Position numbers and translations under genes: made by a program
The notes under the pieces: model-generated
The model's database searches: none
Seen by the model: the letters and a program-made list of their open reading frames with translations, nothing else
What the model was told of the DNA's origin: nothing
Part shown: positions 17,173 through 27,158 of the stretch, piece by piece
Layout: each line of letters begins with the position of its first letter
How positions within the stretch are numbered: the stretch's first letter is position 1
NCBI GenBank assembly: GCA_041641295.1
Contig: JBEPYO010000001.1
Span: 1,120,001 to 1,184,000, forward strand
Reading direction: 5' to 3'
Length of the DNA stretch: 64,000 nt
From: Nitrososphaerota archaeon
GTDB lineage: Archaea; Thermoproteota; Nitrososphaeria_A; Caldarchaeales; Calditenuaceae

Positions 17173-18886
17173 AGATGTATAGGCCTGGTCCATCCTTCAC
17201 ACAGTAGCCGAAGCGCTCAAACTGGACGACAGTTCCCAAGGCTATCTTGGTCTCGTATGGCTCGACGAGTCCTTCAACGGTCTTCAGGCTCTCGGTGTTC
17301 AGCTCCTCTCCGCGGAAGAGCTGGTCCGGAATAAGCACCCTCAGCTTTGACGCGCCCTCGGGAACCCACTGGATCACTTGAAGCCCAGGCTCGGGGCCTC
17401 CCTCCTCGGCCTCGCAGATAAGGGCATCACCGTCCAAGCCTAGGACCTTGAGGTTTACAAAGTATTTGAGCCTGAACCTGTCGCCGGGTTTGAGGTTCTC
17501 GGCGTCGCTGCCCGGAATGTACACGGTCTCGCCAACCTCGATGGTCCTGCTCCCCATATCCGTGGACGGGTGGAGCGGTGCTGTAACGAGTCTCCTATGA
17601 GCCTCCCTGATGATTACCTTACGCGGGCTCGGTGTGAAGAAGAGCCTAGGTGTTTTCGGGTCCAGTATCTTCCTGTTGATTGCGTAGAGTAGCTCCCATG
17701 AGTAGAGCTTCCTGCTGGGAGTGAGGGCGACGTAGGACTTGACGAACTCCTTTAATGCCTCTGGCGATATGCCCCTCCTCCTGGCCGAAGTTACTGTGCC
17801 TAGCCTCGGGTCATCCCAGCCCTCCACGACCCCGCGCTCAATCAGCTCCCTAATCTTCCTCCTAGAGAGTGGTGTGCCCTCGAACTCGAACCTAGAGTAC
17901 TCTACGTAGACAGGGTTCTTCAGCCCCAATCTCTCGCGTATGGCGTCTTGGAGGGCGTCCCGGAACATGAACTCTGACGTCCTTAAGACGTGTGTGACTC
18001 CGCAGACAGCGTCTTGGATTGCGACGGCGAAGTCGTAGGTGGGCCAGACGATGTATCTATCACCCTTAAGGGGGTGTGGGTGGTCGACTATTCTGAATAG
18101 GACTGGATCTCTGAGGGCGGTGTTCTGGCTCTGAGGGTCTCCCGCGAACCTCACAACTGCCTCGCCCTCTGACATTGCGCCTGAGAGCATCTCATCCCAC
18201 TTATCTAGGTGCCATGAAGTGTCCATTGAGCGGTGGCTACAGGCCACTCCCTTAGACCTCTGCTTCGCCATCTCCTCCTTGCTGCAGCTGCAGACGTAGA
18301 GGTGTCCACCCTCAAACAGCCGCCTAGCGTACTCGTAGTAGAGCTCCATGTCGTCGCTGTTGTTTTTCTCCGCATCCCACTTGACGCCACACCACCTATA
18401 CCCTTCCCTGTAGGAGTCGTAGTATTCGGCCCTCACCTTCCTAGGGTTGGTGTCCTCAAACCTGAGCCAGAGGAATCCGCGATATCTCTCCCTGTAGAGG
18501 TAGTTTATGATTCCGTGGAATGCGTGTCCCAGGTGCATGTAGCCGCTCGGCTCAGGCGGTAGGCGTAGAACCACTGCACCCTCAATAGCGGCTGGAAGGT
18601 CAGGTAGCTGTCTCTCCACTTCCCTCCTAGGCTTCTCTGCTAGGAGGTGTGGAGCTATCTCGGACAGCGAGACCTCGATGGTCTGTAAATCCAGCGAGTT
18701 TACCCATGCAACAGCCTCCTTAACGGCCTCGACTACTTGGCTCACGACGCTCTTGGCGGCCGGTATTTCTGCAATAACCTTAGACACGACAGGTCCGACT
18801 TGTGCCTTCCCATCGTGATCGAAGGCGTTTTTAAGAGCCCATTTTAGAGCTGCCCGCTTGACCTCTTCGAGGCTAACCGTGCCCAT
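17159..18886 (-). CDS. gltX: Glutamyl-tRNA synthetase
   Basis: PPEPSGYMHLGH (HIGH), RFEDTNP, PTYDFA, GWDDPRL. Confidence 0.95.
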   Translation of the reverse strand: MGTVSLEEVKRAALKWALKNAFDHDGKAQVGPVVSKVIAEIPAAKSVVSQVVEAVKEAVAWVNSLDLQTIEVSLSEIAPHLLAEKPRREVERQLPDLPAAIEGAVVLRLPPEPSGYMHLGHAFHGIINYLYRERYRGFLWLRFEDTNPRKVRAEYYDSYREGYRWCGVKWDAEKNNSDDMELYYEYARRLFEGGHLYVCSCSKEEMAKQRSKGVACSHRSMDTSWHLDKWDEMLSGAMSEGEAVVRFAGDPQSQNTALRDPVLFRIVDHPHPLKGDRYIVWPTYDFAVAIQDAVCGVTHVLRTSEFMFRDALQDAIRERLGLKNPVYVEYSRFEFEGTPLSRRKIRELIERGVVEGWDDPRLGTVTSARRRGISPEALKEFVKSYVALTPSRKLYSWELLYAINRKILDPKTPRLFFTPSPRKVIIREAHRRLVTAPLHPSTDMGSRTIEVGETVYIPGSDAENLKPGDRFRLKYFVNLKVLGLDGDALICEAEEGGPEPGLQVIQWVPEGASKLRVLIPDQLFRGEELNTESLKTVEGLVEPYETKIALGTVVQFERFGYCVKDGPGLYIFTHR

Positions 18887-20108
18887 GAGCCATCGCGGAC
18901 TGTATCTTCACCACGTCCCTATCCTTCAGCCTATAGTCTGCGGGGAGTCTGAGACCTGTCCTCGCGTCTATGGCGTAGAGGAGGCCCTTGGCCAGGTCCT
19001 TGTGAATCCTCTCGGCTAGGTCCCTGACAGTCGAGTTGGGTGGCATGAGTATAGCATCTGGCAGAACGTTCCCCCGCGTATCGGCATACTTCGTGATGTC
19101 CGCGACTGGGTAAACCACATTCATCCCCAAGAGCTTGAATACCGCGGTGTTGATGGCGAACTGTACGCCAGTCCTCATATACCTCCCCAGTATCCGCTCG
19201 TTAATCATCTCCAAGGCCCAGAGCTGCTGCTGTGTCAGCATAGACCTGTTTACTATCTGGAACTTCTCCTCGCCGGGGAGGTACTTGATCAACCCCTTCT
19301 GCTCAGCCCGCCTCAGTATGAGCTCCGCCTCCGCGCTGCACGGCACGACTATCTTGTCAGGAAACCTCTCCTGAAGCTCTCTGTAAAACTTCTCCGACCC
19401 CTCAATATCCATCTTGTTGGCAATGATTATTGTGGGCTTGGACACCTCCCTAAGCGTCTCGCTGAACTTCCTATCATCCATCATGCTCCAGTTGTCAAAC
19501 TCCTTTTCCTTGAGCCCGCTCCTCGCAAGGGCCTCCTCGACGTGCTGCTGTGTAATCTTCATACCTTTGAGCGGCTCAGAGAGGGCCTCAGCCAGGCTCT
19601 TCCCAGTCTTAATTGTCTTTGAGATCCTATCCTGATTCCGCTCTATAATCTTCATCAGCCAAATCACTATTTCCTCCTCTATGTCGAAAACATCGGCCAC
19701 CGGGTTACCTTTACCCGGCTCTGTGAGCCTTCCCTCCTCGTCAACACTTCCAGACGCGTCCACTACGTGGAGGAGGGCGTCGGCCTGTGCGGCGACTGAG
19801 AGGAACTGGTTCCCAAGCCCCTTCCCAGCCCACGCACCCTTAATCAGGCCCGGAAGGTCAACTATCTCGATAGGAATATGCCTCCACCCCTCTCTACAAT
19901 ACGAGTTCCTAGGATTACACTTCACCCCCAACTCAACATCCACGCAAGGAGTAACAGCGTAGCACGAGCCTACGTTAGGAGCCTTAGTGGTAAATGGATA
20001 TGTTGAGATCTCTGCGGAGAGCAGGGTGGCCGCGTTGAAGAACGTCGTCTTACCAGTGTTTGTCTTACCTATCAGCCCAATCTTAATCAACCGAATACCC
20101 CTTACCAC
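18873..20108 (-). CDS. ychF: YchF/OLA1-like translation-associated ATPase/GTPase with TGS domain
   Basis: GKTNTGKTT, YPFTT, DLPG, GLGNQFL, NKMD, C-terminal TGS. Confidence 0.85.
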   Translation of the reverse strand: MVRGIRLIKIGLIGKTNTGKTTFFNAATLLSAEISTYPFTTKAPNVGSCYAVTPCVDVELGVKCNPRNSYCREGWRHIPIEIVDLPGLIKGAWAGKGLGNQFLSVAAQADALLHVVDASGSVDEEGRLTEPGKGNPVADVFDIEEEIVIWLMKIIERNQDRISKTIKTGKSLAEALSEPLKGMKITQQHVEEALARSGLKEKEFDNWSMMDDRKFSETLREVSKPTIIIANKMDIEGSEKFYRELQERFPDKIVVPCSAEAELILRRAEQKGLIKYLPGEEKFQIVNRSMLTQQQLWALEMINERILGRYMRTGVQFAINTAVFKLLGMNVVYPVADITKYADTRGNVLPDAILMPPNSTVRDLAERIHKDLAKGLLYAIDARTGLRLPADYRLKDRDVVKIQSAMAHGHG

Positions 20109-20270
20109 CAGATTGTCGCCGCTGAGAGAAAAACCTTCCCCGCCACTTCACCGCTTCAAGCCCCTTAGATGAGCTGGTTGGACCAGGCCTCGGCGTGTGT
20201 GGATTCAAGTCCTCCAAAATAATCTCTTTGAAAACCCATAAATACGGCTACAAATATAAAGTTGTTGAGA

Positions 20271-21293
20271 ATGCCCACTATCAGCCCATTCATCATCTAC
20301 ATACTCAGAAAGGGCTTATTCATCATAGCCACCTTCTTCGCCTTCCTCTTGGTGATATTTGCGCTGCCGAGGGCTATTCCTGGCAACCCAGTCGCAGCAC
20401 TACTCACGCAGATATTCCAGCAGGCTCAAGCGAACCCCGATACGGTCAAGGCAGTCTACCGGAAATTCATGGAGGAGTTTGGACTGTATAAACCGCTGCA
20501 TGAGCAGCTCTTCGACTTCCTCTCCCGCTTGATGGTGGGAGATCTGGGAACTTCAATCGCGTTCTATCCGAGAAAGGTTGCTGATCTTGTAGCGTCTTAT
20601 CTTCCTTGGACGCTTGGTCTTTTAATCCCTGCTATTCTTGTTGCTTGGGTTCTTGGGAACCTGTTGGGCGCGTGGGCCGCATACCGGAGGAGGACGAGGG
20701 TTGATAATGCCCTCCTCCCGGTCTTTCTCGTGCTTTCACAGGTCCCATACTACTGGCTCGCCATGATTCTACTGTATACATTCGCGGTAACGGCGCGCAT
20801 ATTCCCTGTAGCGGGGGCATATCCGCCGGCAATGCAACCATCTCTCACACCAGCCTTCATACTTGCAATGCTACACCACTATACGCTGCCGTTCCTATCA
20901 ATCGTTGTCGTGGCTATCGGTGGCTGGGCGATAGGGATGAGGGTCTTGGTAATATATGAGCTCAGGTCAGACTATGTTGAGTACAGCGAGCTTCTCGGCC
21001 TCAGCGACAAGAAAATACTGGGTTACGTGTTTAGGAACTCCATCCTCCCGCAGATTACTGGTCTCGCCCTCTCGATGGGTACGGTTATGGGTGGGGCGCT
21101 GATAACTGAGCTCGTCTTCTCATACCCGGGCACCGGTTACCTATTGTTTAGGGCCCTCTCCACACTGGACTATCCCCTGATTCAGGGAACTTTCATAATC
21201 CTTGTCTCAACACTGCTCGCGGCCAACCTGATAGTGGACATCCTCTACGCATACATTGACCCGAGAATCAGGGTCAGCTACGTGGGTGACTGA
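20271..21293 (+). CDS. ABC transporter permease (DppB/OppB-like)
   Basis: PGNP, GDLGTS, ITELVFSYPGTG, DPR. Confidence 0.9.
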   Translation: MPTISPFIIYILRKGLFIIATFFAFLLVIFALPRAIPGNPVAALLTQIFQQAQANPDTVKAVYRKFMEEFGLYKPLHEQLFDFLSRLMVGDLGTSIAFYPRKVADLVASYLPWTLGLLIPAILVAWVLGNLLGAWAAYRRRTRVDNALLPVFLVLSQVPYYWLAMILLYTFAVTARIFPVAGAYPPAMQPSLTPAFILAMLHHYTLPFLSIVVVAIGGWAIGMRVLVIYELRSDYVEYSELLGLSDKKILGYVFRNSILPQITGLALSMGTVMGGALITELVFSYPGTGYLLFRALSTLDYPLIQGTFIILVSTLLAANLIVDILYAYIDPRIRVSYVGD

Positions 21294-21298
21294 GAAGG

Positions 21299-22153
21299 AT
21301 GCTCCGAAGCGTATCCAAGATTATCACACCCGAGCTCTTCACCATAAAGAAACTCGACGCCAGCCTCGCAGTCCTCTTGACAGTCTTTGCCCTAGGCTTT
21401 GTAGGTCCGACAGTTTATACGGTCCAGCCCACTGCGGTGGTTGGGCCTCTAGAATCACCGCCCTCAAGTCTATATCCACTCGGGACCGATGCATACGGCA
21501 AGGATGTCCTCGCCCAGCTCATGGCAGGTATTAGGGGCTCTCTCCAGATAGGTGCTACCGCTGCGGCGATAGCGCTCCTCATAGGCGTTCTGATCGGATT
21601 GATGGCGGGCTATAAGGGTAAGATTATCGATAACCTCTTGATGATGCTGACCGATATAGTGCTCCTTCTCCCCTCGATATTGTTGATGATCTTGGTTGCT
21701 GCGTACTTCAAGTGGAGAGATCCTCTGCTTGTCTCCATTATTATCGGGGTTACTTCTTGGCCTTGGGTTGCTAGGGCGGTTAGGTCTCAGACACTCAGCC
21801 TCAAGAATAGAGAGTTTGTCAACCTCTCGAAGATGGCGGGTCTAAGCGACTTCCAGATAGTCATCAGGGACATACTCCCAAACATCGCGTCCTACATCTT
21901 CATGGCCTATGTACTCTTGATGTCGGGCGCCATGATAGCTGAGACTGGCTTAAGCATGATAGGTCTCGGAACCACCCAGGGCGTTACGCTTGGAAACATA
22001 CTTTTCTGGGCCCAGGTCTTGGAGGCTGTGAGGAGGGGGCTCTGGTGGTGGTTCATCCCGCCTGGAGCAACGTTGGTGGCCTTGGCTGCTTCCCTCCTGA
22101 TGATAGCTACTGCGTTGGACGAGTACTTCAACCCGAGACTGCGAGGGAGCTAG
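21299..22153 (+). CDS. ABC transporter permease (DppC/OppC-like)
   Basis: PLGTDAYGKD, ARAVRS, ILPN, WWW. Confidence 0.9.
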   Translation: MLRSVSKIITPELFTIKKLDASLAVLLTVFALGFVGPTVYTVQPTAVVGPLESPPSSLYPLGTDAYGKDVLAQLMAGIRGSLQIGATAAAIALLIGVLIGLMAGYKGKIIDNLLMMLTDIVLLLPSILLMILVAAYFKWRDPLLVSIIIGVTSWPWVARAVRSQTLSLKNREFVNLSKMAGLSDFQIVIRDILPNIASYIFMAYVLLMSGAMIAETGLSMIGLGTTQGVTLGNILFWAQVLEAVRRGLWWWFIPPGATLVALAASLLMIATALDEYFNPRLRGS

Positions 22154-23140
22154 ATGTCGGAGCCCTTGCTCCTAGGCCTCGGTCTCCGAGCGTCGTATTT
22201 TCTGCGGCTAGGGGAGGTTAGGGCGGTAGATGGCGTCGACATAGAAGTTCCCCGGGACGCCGTGGTGGGTCTGGCGGGAGAGTCGGGGTGCGGTAAGTCC
22301 ACGCTCGTCAATGTACTGCTAGCCAATATTAGGCCGCCGCTGCGGGTGAAGTCAGGCAAAGTACTACTAGATGGTGTCGACCTCCTATCGGTAAGTAGGG
22401 AGGAGGTTAGAAAGAAGATTTGGGGGGTGAAAGTCTCCTACGTCCCACAATCTGCTCTAAACGCCCTCAACCCCACCAAGCGCATAATCGAGCTGGTCAA
22501 GGACGCCATAACACAGCATACACCCGCGACCGATCAAGAGGTTGTCTCCCTATGCAAGAGGAGGCTTGAAGAACTGAACCTCCCAACCGACAGCATCCAC
22601 AAGTATCCACACGAGCTTTCAGGGGGCATGAGGCAGAGGGTCATAATAGCTATATCGACGCTCCTAAACCCAAGGCTGCTTATCGTCGATGAGCCTACCT
22701 CGGCGCTTGACGTCTCGACCCAGAAGCAGGTATTGAAAATGATGCTGGATATGAAGAGGAACAGGATAATCGATAGTATATTGTTTGTTACGCATGAGCT
22801 TCCAGTCTTAAGGCAGGTGGCCTCCCACGTCTACATAATGTATGCTGGCAAGATAGTAGAATATGGGCCCGCCGACTCCGTCTTCTTCAATCCTCTCCAC
22901 CCATACACCAAGGCCCTGATGTACTCTGTGATGACTCCTGAGCCAGAGAGCCGCGAGAGGGGGCTTGTAACAATTCCGGGCGAACCTCCCAGCCTGATAA
23001 TGCCACCTCAGGGCTGCAGATTCCATCCCCGCTGCCCATACGTAATGGATATTTGCAGGAGGAGTGAGCCGAGGCTTGTACCTCTTGGTGAGGGGCGGGG
23101 AGTTGCGTGCTTCCTACACCACTCGGAGGTGGCTGGCTGA
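22154..23140 (+). CDS. ABC transporter ATP-binding protein (DppD-like)
   Basis: GESGCGKS, LSGGMRQR, DEPT, HPYT, GCRFHPRC. Confidence 0.92.
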   Translation: MSEPLLLGLGLRASYFLRLGEVRAVDGVDIEVPRDAVVGLAGESGCGKSTLVNVLLANIRPPLRVKSGKVLLDGVDLLSVSREEVRKKIWGVKVSYVPQSALNALNPTKRIIELVKDAITQHTPATDQEVVSLCKRRLEELNLPTDSIHKYPHELSGGMRQRVIIAISTLLNPRLLIVDEPTSALDVSTQKQVLKMMLDMKRNRIIDSILFVTHELPVLRQVASHVYIMYAGKIVEYGPADSVFFNPLHPYTKALMYSVMTPEPESRERGLVTIPGEPPSLIMPPQGCRFHPRCPYVMDICRRSEPRLVPLGEGRGVACFLHHSEVAG

Positions 23141-23143
23141 GAG

Positions 23144-23932
23144 ATGCTAGAGGTCAAGAATCTGAGTAAGGTCTTCACAGTAGGGCTCTTCAGCAGACAC
23201 AGGATAGAGGCTGTGAAGAATGTTTCAATGAGGGTTGACAGGGGTGAGATAGTCTCGCTTGTCGGCGAGAGCGGCTCAGGGAAGACGACGCTCTGCCGAA
23301 TGATTCTCAGACTCCTAGAACCAACATCCGGCTCCATCATATACGACGGCGTTGACGTCACTAGGCTGAAGGGGAAGAAGCTGAAATGGTATTGGAGGAA
23401 GGTTCACGGAGTATTTCAAGACCCCTACGCCGCATTCCATCCATTCTACCGCGTGGAACGCATACTCTACCAAGCCTTCAACCTACTACCAGACGTCAGC
23501 GAGGAGGAGAAGAAGACCCGCGTACACGAGGCTCTAAAGATGGTTGGACTCAACCCCAGCGAGGTTCTCGGCAAATATCCGCACGAGCTTTCGGGAGGAA
23601 TGCGGCAGAGAATAGCCATCGCGAGGTGCTTCATCCTCAACCCCGAGCTAATAGTGGCTGACGAGCCAGTATCGATGCTGGATGCCTCCACGCGTATAGG
23701 CATAGTCAAGCTCTTCAGCGACATGAGAGATAGGCTCAACTCATCCGTGATATTTGTGACCCATGATATAGGGCTCGCATACGTGGTTAGCGATAGGGTG
23801 TTGATAATGTATAAGGGGGTGATCGTGGAGGAGGGCGACCCTATCACTGTGATGGAGAACCCGAGCCACCCGTATACGAGGCGCCTAAGGGAGGATGTCC
23901 CCCTACTATACCGGAAGTGGGAGGGATTCTAG
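23144..23932 (+). CDS. ABC transporter ATP-binding protein (DppF-like)
   Basis: GESGSGKT, LSGGMRQR, DEP, HPYT. Confidence 0.92.
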   Translation: MLEVKNLSKVFTVGLFSRHRIEAVKNVSMRVDRGEIVSLVGESGSGKTTLCRMILRLLEPTSGSIIYDGVDVTRLKGKKLKWYWRKVHGVFQDPYAAFHPFYRVERILYQAFNLLPDVSEEEKKTRVHEALKMVGLNPSEVLGKYPHELSGGMRQRIAIARCFILNPELIVADEPVSMLDASTRIGIVKLFSDMRDRLNSSVIFVTHDIGLAYVVSDRVLIMYKGVIVEEGDPITVMENPSHPYTRRLREDVPLLYRKWEGF

Positions 23933-24147
23933 ACGTTTTGTCCTCTCCATTTATCGAGAGAGCCCTGCTCACGATCCTAGTATGGGGCCTACTCTTAGAG
24001 GTCTTTGGTGTTATAGTTCTGAGTAGCCAGCCTTGGAGGTTCGAGTTCTCATATCTTGTCATATTATTGGTAATAACGCTGGCATCAATAGTGCTGATAG
24101 TTTCAAGACTAAGGAAAAAATATAGTGTAGGCTTGCAGGCTAGCTAG
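23917..24147 (+). CDS. Small two-TM membrane protein at the end of the ABC operon
   Basis: Two hydrophobic helices, basic tail; overlaps both neighbours slightly. Confidence 0.5.
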   Translation: MGGILDVLSSPFIERALLTILVWGLLLEVFGVIVLSSQPWRFEFSYLVILLVITLASIVLIVSRLRKKYSVGLQAS

Positions 24148-26149
24148 CTTTTCTCCTTCTACCCACGAGTAGTCCTGCAACAGCACCGACTATAAGAGCC
24201 ACGATAGCAGCTACAGCGACCATAGAAACGTCCGTTACCGTCTCAGTCCTAGTCACTACCTGTGTCTGTACCTGCGTTACCGCCAATGTCTGAGTGGCTA
24301 AAACCGTCCTAGTCTGAACTAGAGTCACTGTCACCGTAGTAGCCCCAGTAACAGTTGTTGGCGGCGGTGGTGGAGGAGGAGCAATGACTTTAGCTAGGTC
24401 GTCGAAGAACTTCGTCGTCGGGAACTTCAACCTATTAATCCATGCGGGATAGGCTGGGTCTTGGCCCTTCCTAGCTATATAGAACCAGTATACGATGGAG
24501 CTTATTCTGTCTCCGTAAAGGCCGTCAAACCATCTCTGATTCTCCTCGGCAGGCCAGCCAACCCAGTATTGGCTTGAGAACTCGTACCAGGTCGCACCAT
24601 AGAATAGGGGGACGCCGGGCAGGTCGCGTAGGAAGATCTCCTGCAGCTTACTGTAATACTCTTGGAGCTTAGCCGGGTCTGTCTCCTTAGGTATAGCGTC
24701 GATGAGGGCAATCACTTCTTGGTTCTTGTAGTTCGCCCAGTTGCCGGCCGGCATTGAGAGTCTGGGATCCATTACAAACCTAAAGACGTTCCATGGATGG
24801 GCGAATCCAACACCTGCCGACCATCCAAGGTTTAGGTCTAGCTGCTTGTCTATGGAGCGCTGCCACCAGACACTAAAGTCTGGGAACTCTGTGTTAACCT
24901 CTATGCCGATCGACCTGAGGTTCTGTGCTATTATCTCGCACATTGCCATCCAGTCAGTCCACCCATATGGCACCTGAATAGTGAGGCCCTTCAGCGGGGT
25001 GCCGTCAGGGAGTTCCCTCCACCCATCCCCATCCCTGTCGATGATTCCAGCATCGTCGAGAATCTTCTTGGCCTTATTTAGGTCATAGACTGGATACATG
25101 GGCTCCAGTCTCTTATCAATGTATTTGGCTGCTGGGCTTGTATGGACTATGAGGGATGGTGACGCGCGTATGCTGTAGTTGTAGTAGGGCTTGGCTATCA
25201 GCTCGTCGAAAGGTATTGCGTGGGCGATGGCCCTCCTAACGTTTGGGTCTGCCAACGCCTTCTTCTCATAGTTCATGTATAGGAGGATTGGGCTGTCACC
25301 TAGATAGTATGGCTGCTTGGCGAAGTATGTCCTCCTCTCAAGGCCCTTAACCTCCCATAGCTCCCATATCTTAGGTGTGAAGTGCGTCATCGAGTCTATC
25401 TCTCCCGCCTCGAAGGCTAGTGCTGCGGCTGGATTATCCTTGAATGTTCTATGACAGAGGTATTTGGGGCGCGGAAGACCGAAGAGGTCGCGACCCCACC
25501 AGTCGTCAACCCGTGTATAGCAGAATGTGTCCTCAGTAAATCTTAGCAGCCTGTAGGGTCCGGATCCAACAATCTCTTCGGGCTTCTGCTCCATATACTC
25601 GCTCGCAATCTTCTCTCCTCTAGCCTCGAGGGCTGACCACCTGTGCTGGGGGAGAATGAAAATAGTTAACACTCCAAGTAGCTGGAAGTAGTTTAGCTTT
25701 GCCTCACTCGTAACGAGCTGTACCGTCTTCTGGTCTACGACTCGAACCTCATCTATATAGTCCCAGATCGGAGTTAGTGCTCCTACAGTATACTTCTTTC
25801 CAAGCTCAAATGTGTACTTTACGTCGTTGGCAGTAACTGGTCTACCATCCCACCACCTAGCCTCGGGCCTGATCTTAACCTCAAGCGTGTATTTGTCAAC
25901 CCATCTATAACTCTCAGCAATGAAGGGAATCCACTCGTCGCTGAACCTACTATATAAGAAGAGTGGAGGATACATGTATAGTGTTCCCCAGTCATATGAT
26001 GGTAGCAGTGGGTTGAAGCCCTTTGGTGGCCCCCAGTCAGATGAGTGGTAGACTGTTTCTTCCCGCGGAATCTCCTGTGCCTGCGCCGTCGTCAATAATA
26101 GGGGTAGCAAGAACGCGGCAGCCAAAAGTATAGCCGCTTCCCTTTTCAT
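24140..26149 (-). CDS. Family 5 solute-binding protein, probably oligosaccharide-binding, membrane anchored
   Basis: WWDGRPVTANDV, GSGPY, PYGWTDW, Pro/Thr-rich linker and C-terminal TM; convergent with the permease operon. Confidence 0.85.
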   Translation of the reverse strand: MKREAAILLAAAFLLPLLLTTAQAQEIPREETVYHSSDWGPPKGFNPLLPSYDWGTLYMYPPLFLYSRFSDEWIPFIAESYRWVDKYTLEVKIRPEARWWDGRPVTANDVKYTFELGKKYTVGALTPIWDYIDEVRVVDQKTVQLVTSEAKLNYFQLLGVLTIFILPQHRWSALEARGEKIASEYMEQKPEEIVGSGPYRLLRFTEDTFCYTRVDDWWGRDLFGLPRPKYLCHRTFKDNPAAALAFEAGEIDSMTHFTPKIWELWEVKGLERRTYFAKQPYYLGDSPILLYMNYEKKALADPNVRRAIAHAIPFDELIAKPYYNYSIRASPSLIVHTSPAAKYIDKRLEPMYPVYDLNKAKKILDDAGIIDRDGDGWRELPDGTPLKGLTIQVPYGWTDWMAMCEIIAQNLRSIGIEVNTEFPDFSVWWQRSIDKQLDLNLGWSAGVGFAHPWNVFRFVMDPRLSMPAGNWANYKNQEVIALIDAIPKETDPAKLQEYYSKLQEIFLRDLPGVPLFYGATWYEFSSQYWVGWPAEENQRWFDGLYGDRISSIVYWFYIARKGQDPAYPAWINRLKFPTTKFFDDLAKVIAPPPPPPPTTVTGATTVTVTLVQTRTVLATQTLAVTQVQTQVVTRTETVTDVSMVAVAAIVALIVGAVAGLLVGRRRKAS

Positions 26150-26255
26150 AGCGAGTCCTAGAGACTTATCATTACAATATAAAGGTTTGTGAGTAAGGCA
26201 ATATTATTTTTCACAGATCCATGTATGCATTATATATAGTTGGTCAACTGCAGCG

Positions 26256-27041
26256 CTATCCGGCGGTGCTGTAGCTTTTGAGGTATTTTCCACGGAGTAG
26301 TAGCCTTACCGTTACGAACCTGTCCAGCCCTGAGGTGGCTATCTTTTTGCCGTAAACCTCCTCCACCTGGAAGACTCCTGCTTCGTTAACCATGTCCACC
26401 TCGACTACGAGTGGGACGTCGTCGCCCTCCTTCAACTCGACCGACCTTATTGCGAGGGCTGAGAACGCATGTATGTCCGACTTCCCATACATGTATGGGT
26501 ATCTGGCCCTTCCCTCAGCCATGTCTGTTCCGTCAGCGAGCTTGACTATCCCTGCCTCGAGGCTTAGTGCCTGCACGTTATCATCGTGTGCAAGTATTGA
26601 GTGTAGTATCTCTTGCCTAATCCTCATCTGTGTCTTAAGGTCTGGATAGTATTTTGGCAGTATCCTAGATAAGATTCCGGAGGCGATGTATGTTCCGGTT
26701 ATGTGGTGCATCTCTCTGTGGATCATGTTGCCTATATCGTGAAGATACGAGCCCAGCAGCACAACGATAGCGGCGTCGCGGTGGCTGAGGCCATGCTGGA
26801 CCGTGATCGGTCTCAACCCCCTCCTAGTCAGTATGTCTAGAATCTCTAGTGCTGAGCCTGCTACTATCTTGGCATGCATTGGGCCGTGATCGTTGTAGTA
26901 GAGCCGCTTGACCACCATGTCGTTACAGAGCCTGAGGGCGGTCTGAAGCTCCTCATCACCCTCCAGTTCGCGGTATAGTGTGGATAGAACCTCGTCGCCC
27001 TTCACCTTCTCCTCGACCAGCCTCTCCGAGACCCGCACCAT
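26256..27041 (-). CDS. HD-domain metal-dependent phosphohydrolase
   Basis: NDHGPMH, LHDIG, ADGTD. Confidence 0.85.
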   Translation of the reverse strand: MVRVSERLVEEKVKGDEVLSTLYRELEGDEELQTALRLCNDMVVKRLYYNDHGPMHAKIVAGSALEILDILTRRGLRPITVQHGLSHRDAAIVVLLGSYLHDIGNMIHREMHHITGTYIASGILSRILPKYYPDLKTQMRIRQEILHSILAHDDNVQALSLEAGIVKLADGTDMAEGRARYPYMYGKSDIHAFSALAIRSVELKEGDDVPLVVEVDMVNEAGVFQVEEVYGKKIATSGLDRFVTVRLLLRGKYLKSYSTAG

Positions 27042-27158
27042 GGCTATGCATACGCTTCTGGGCCCAATAAATCCGCGCCCGCTCCTCCAGCTGGGGCTGG
27101 TGCATCGTTAATTACGTGGGTGGAAAATGGGTTATACAGAGTGGGGGGTGCTGGGGAG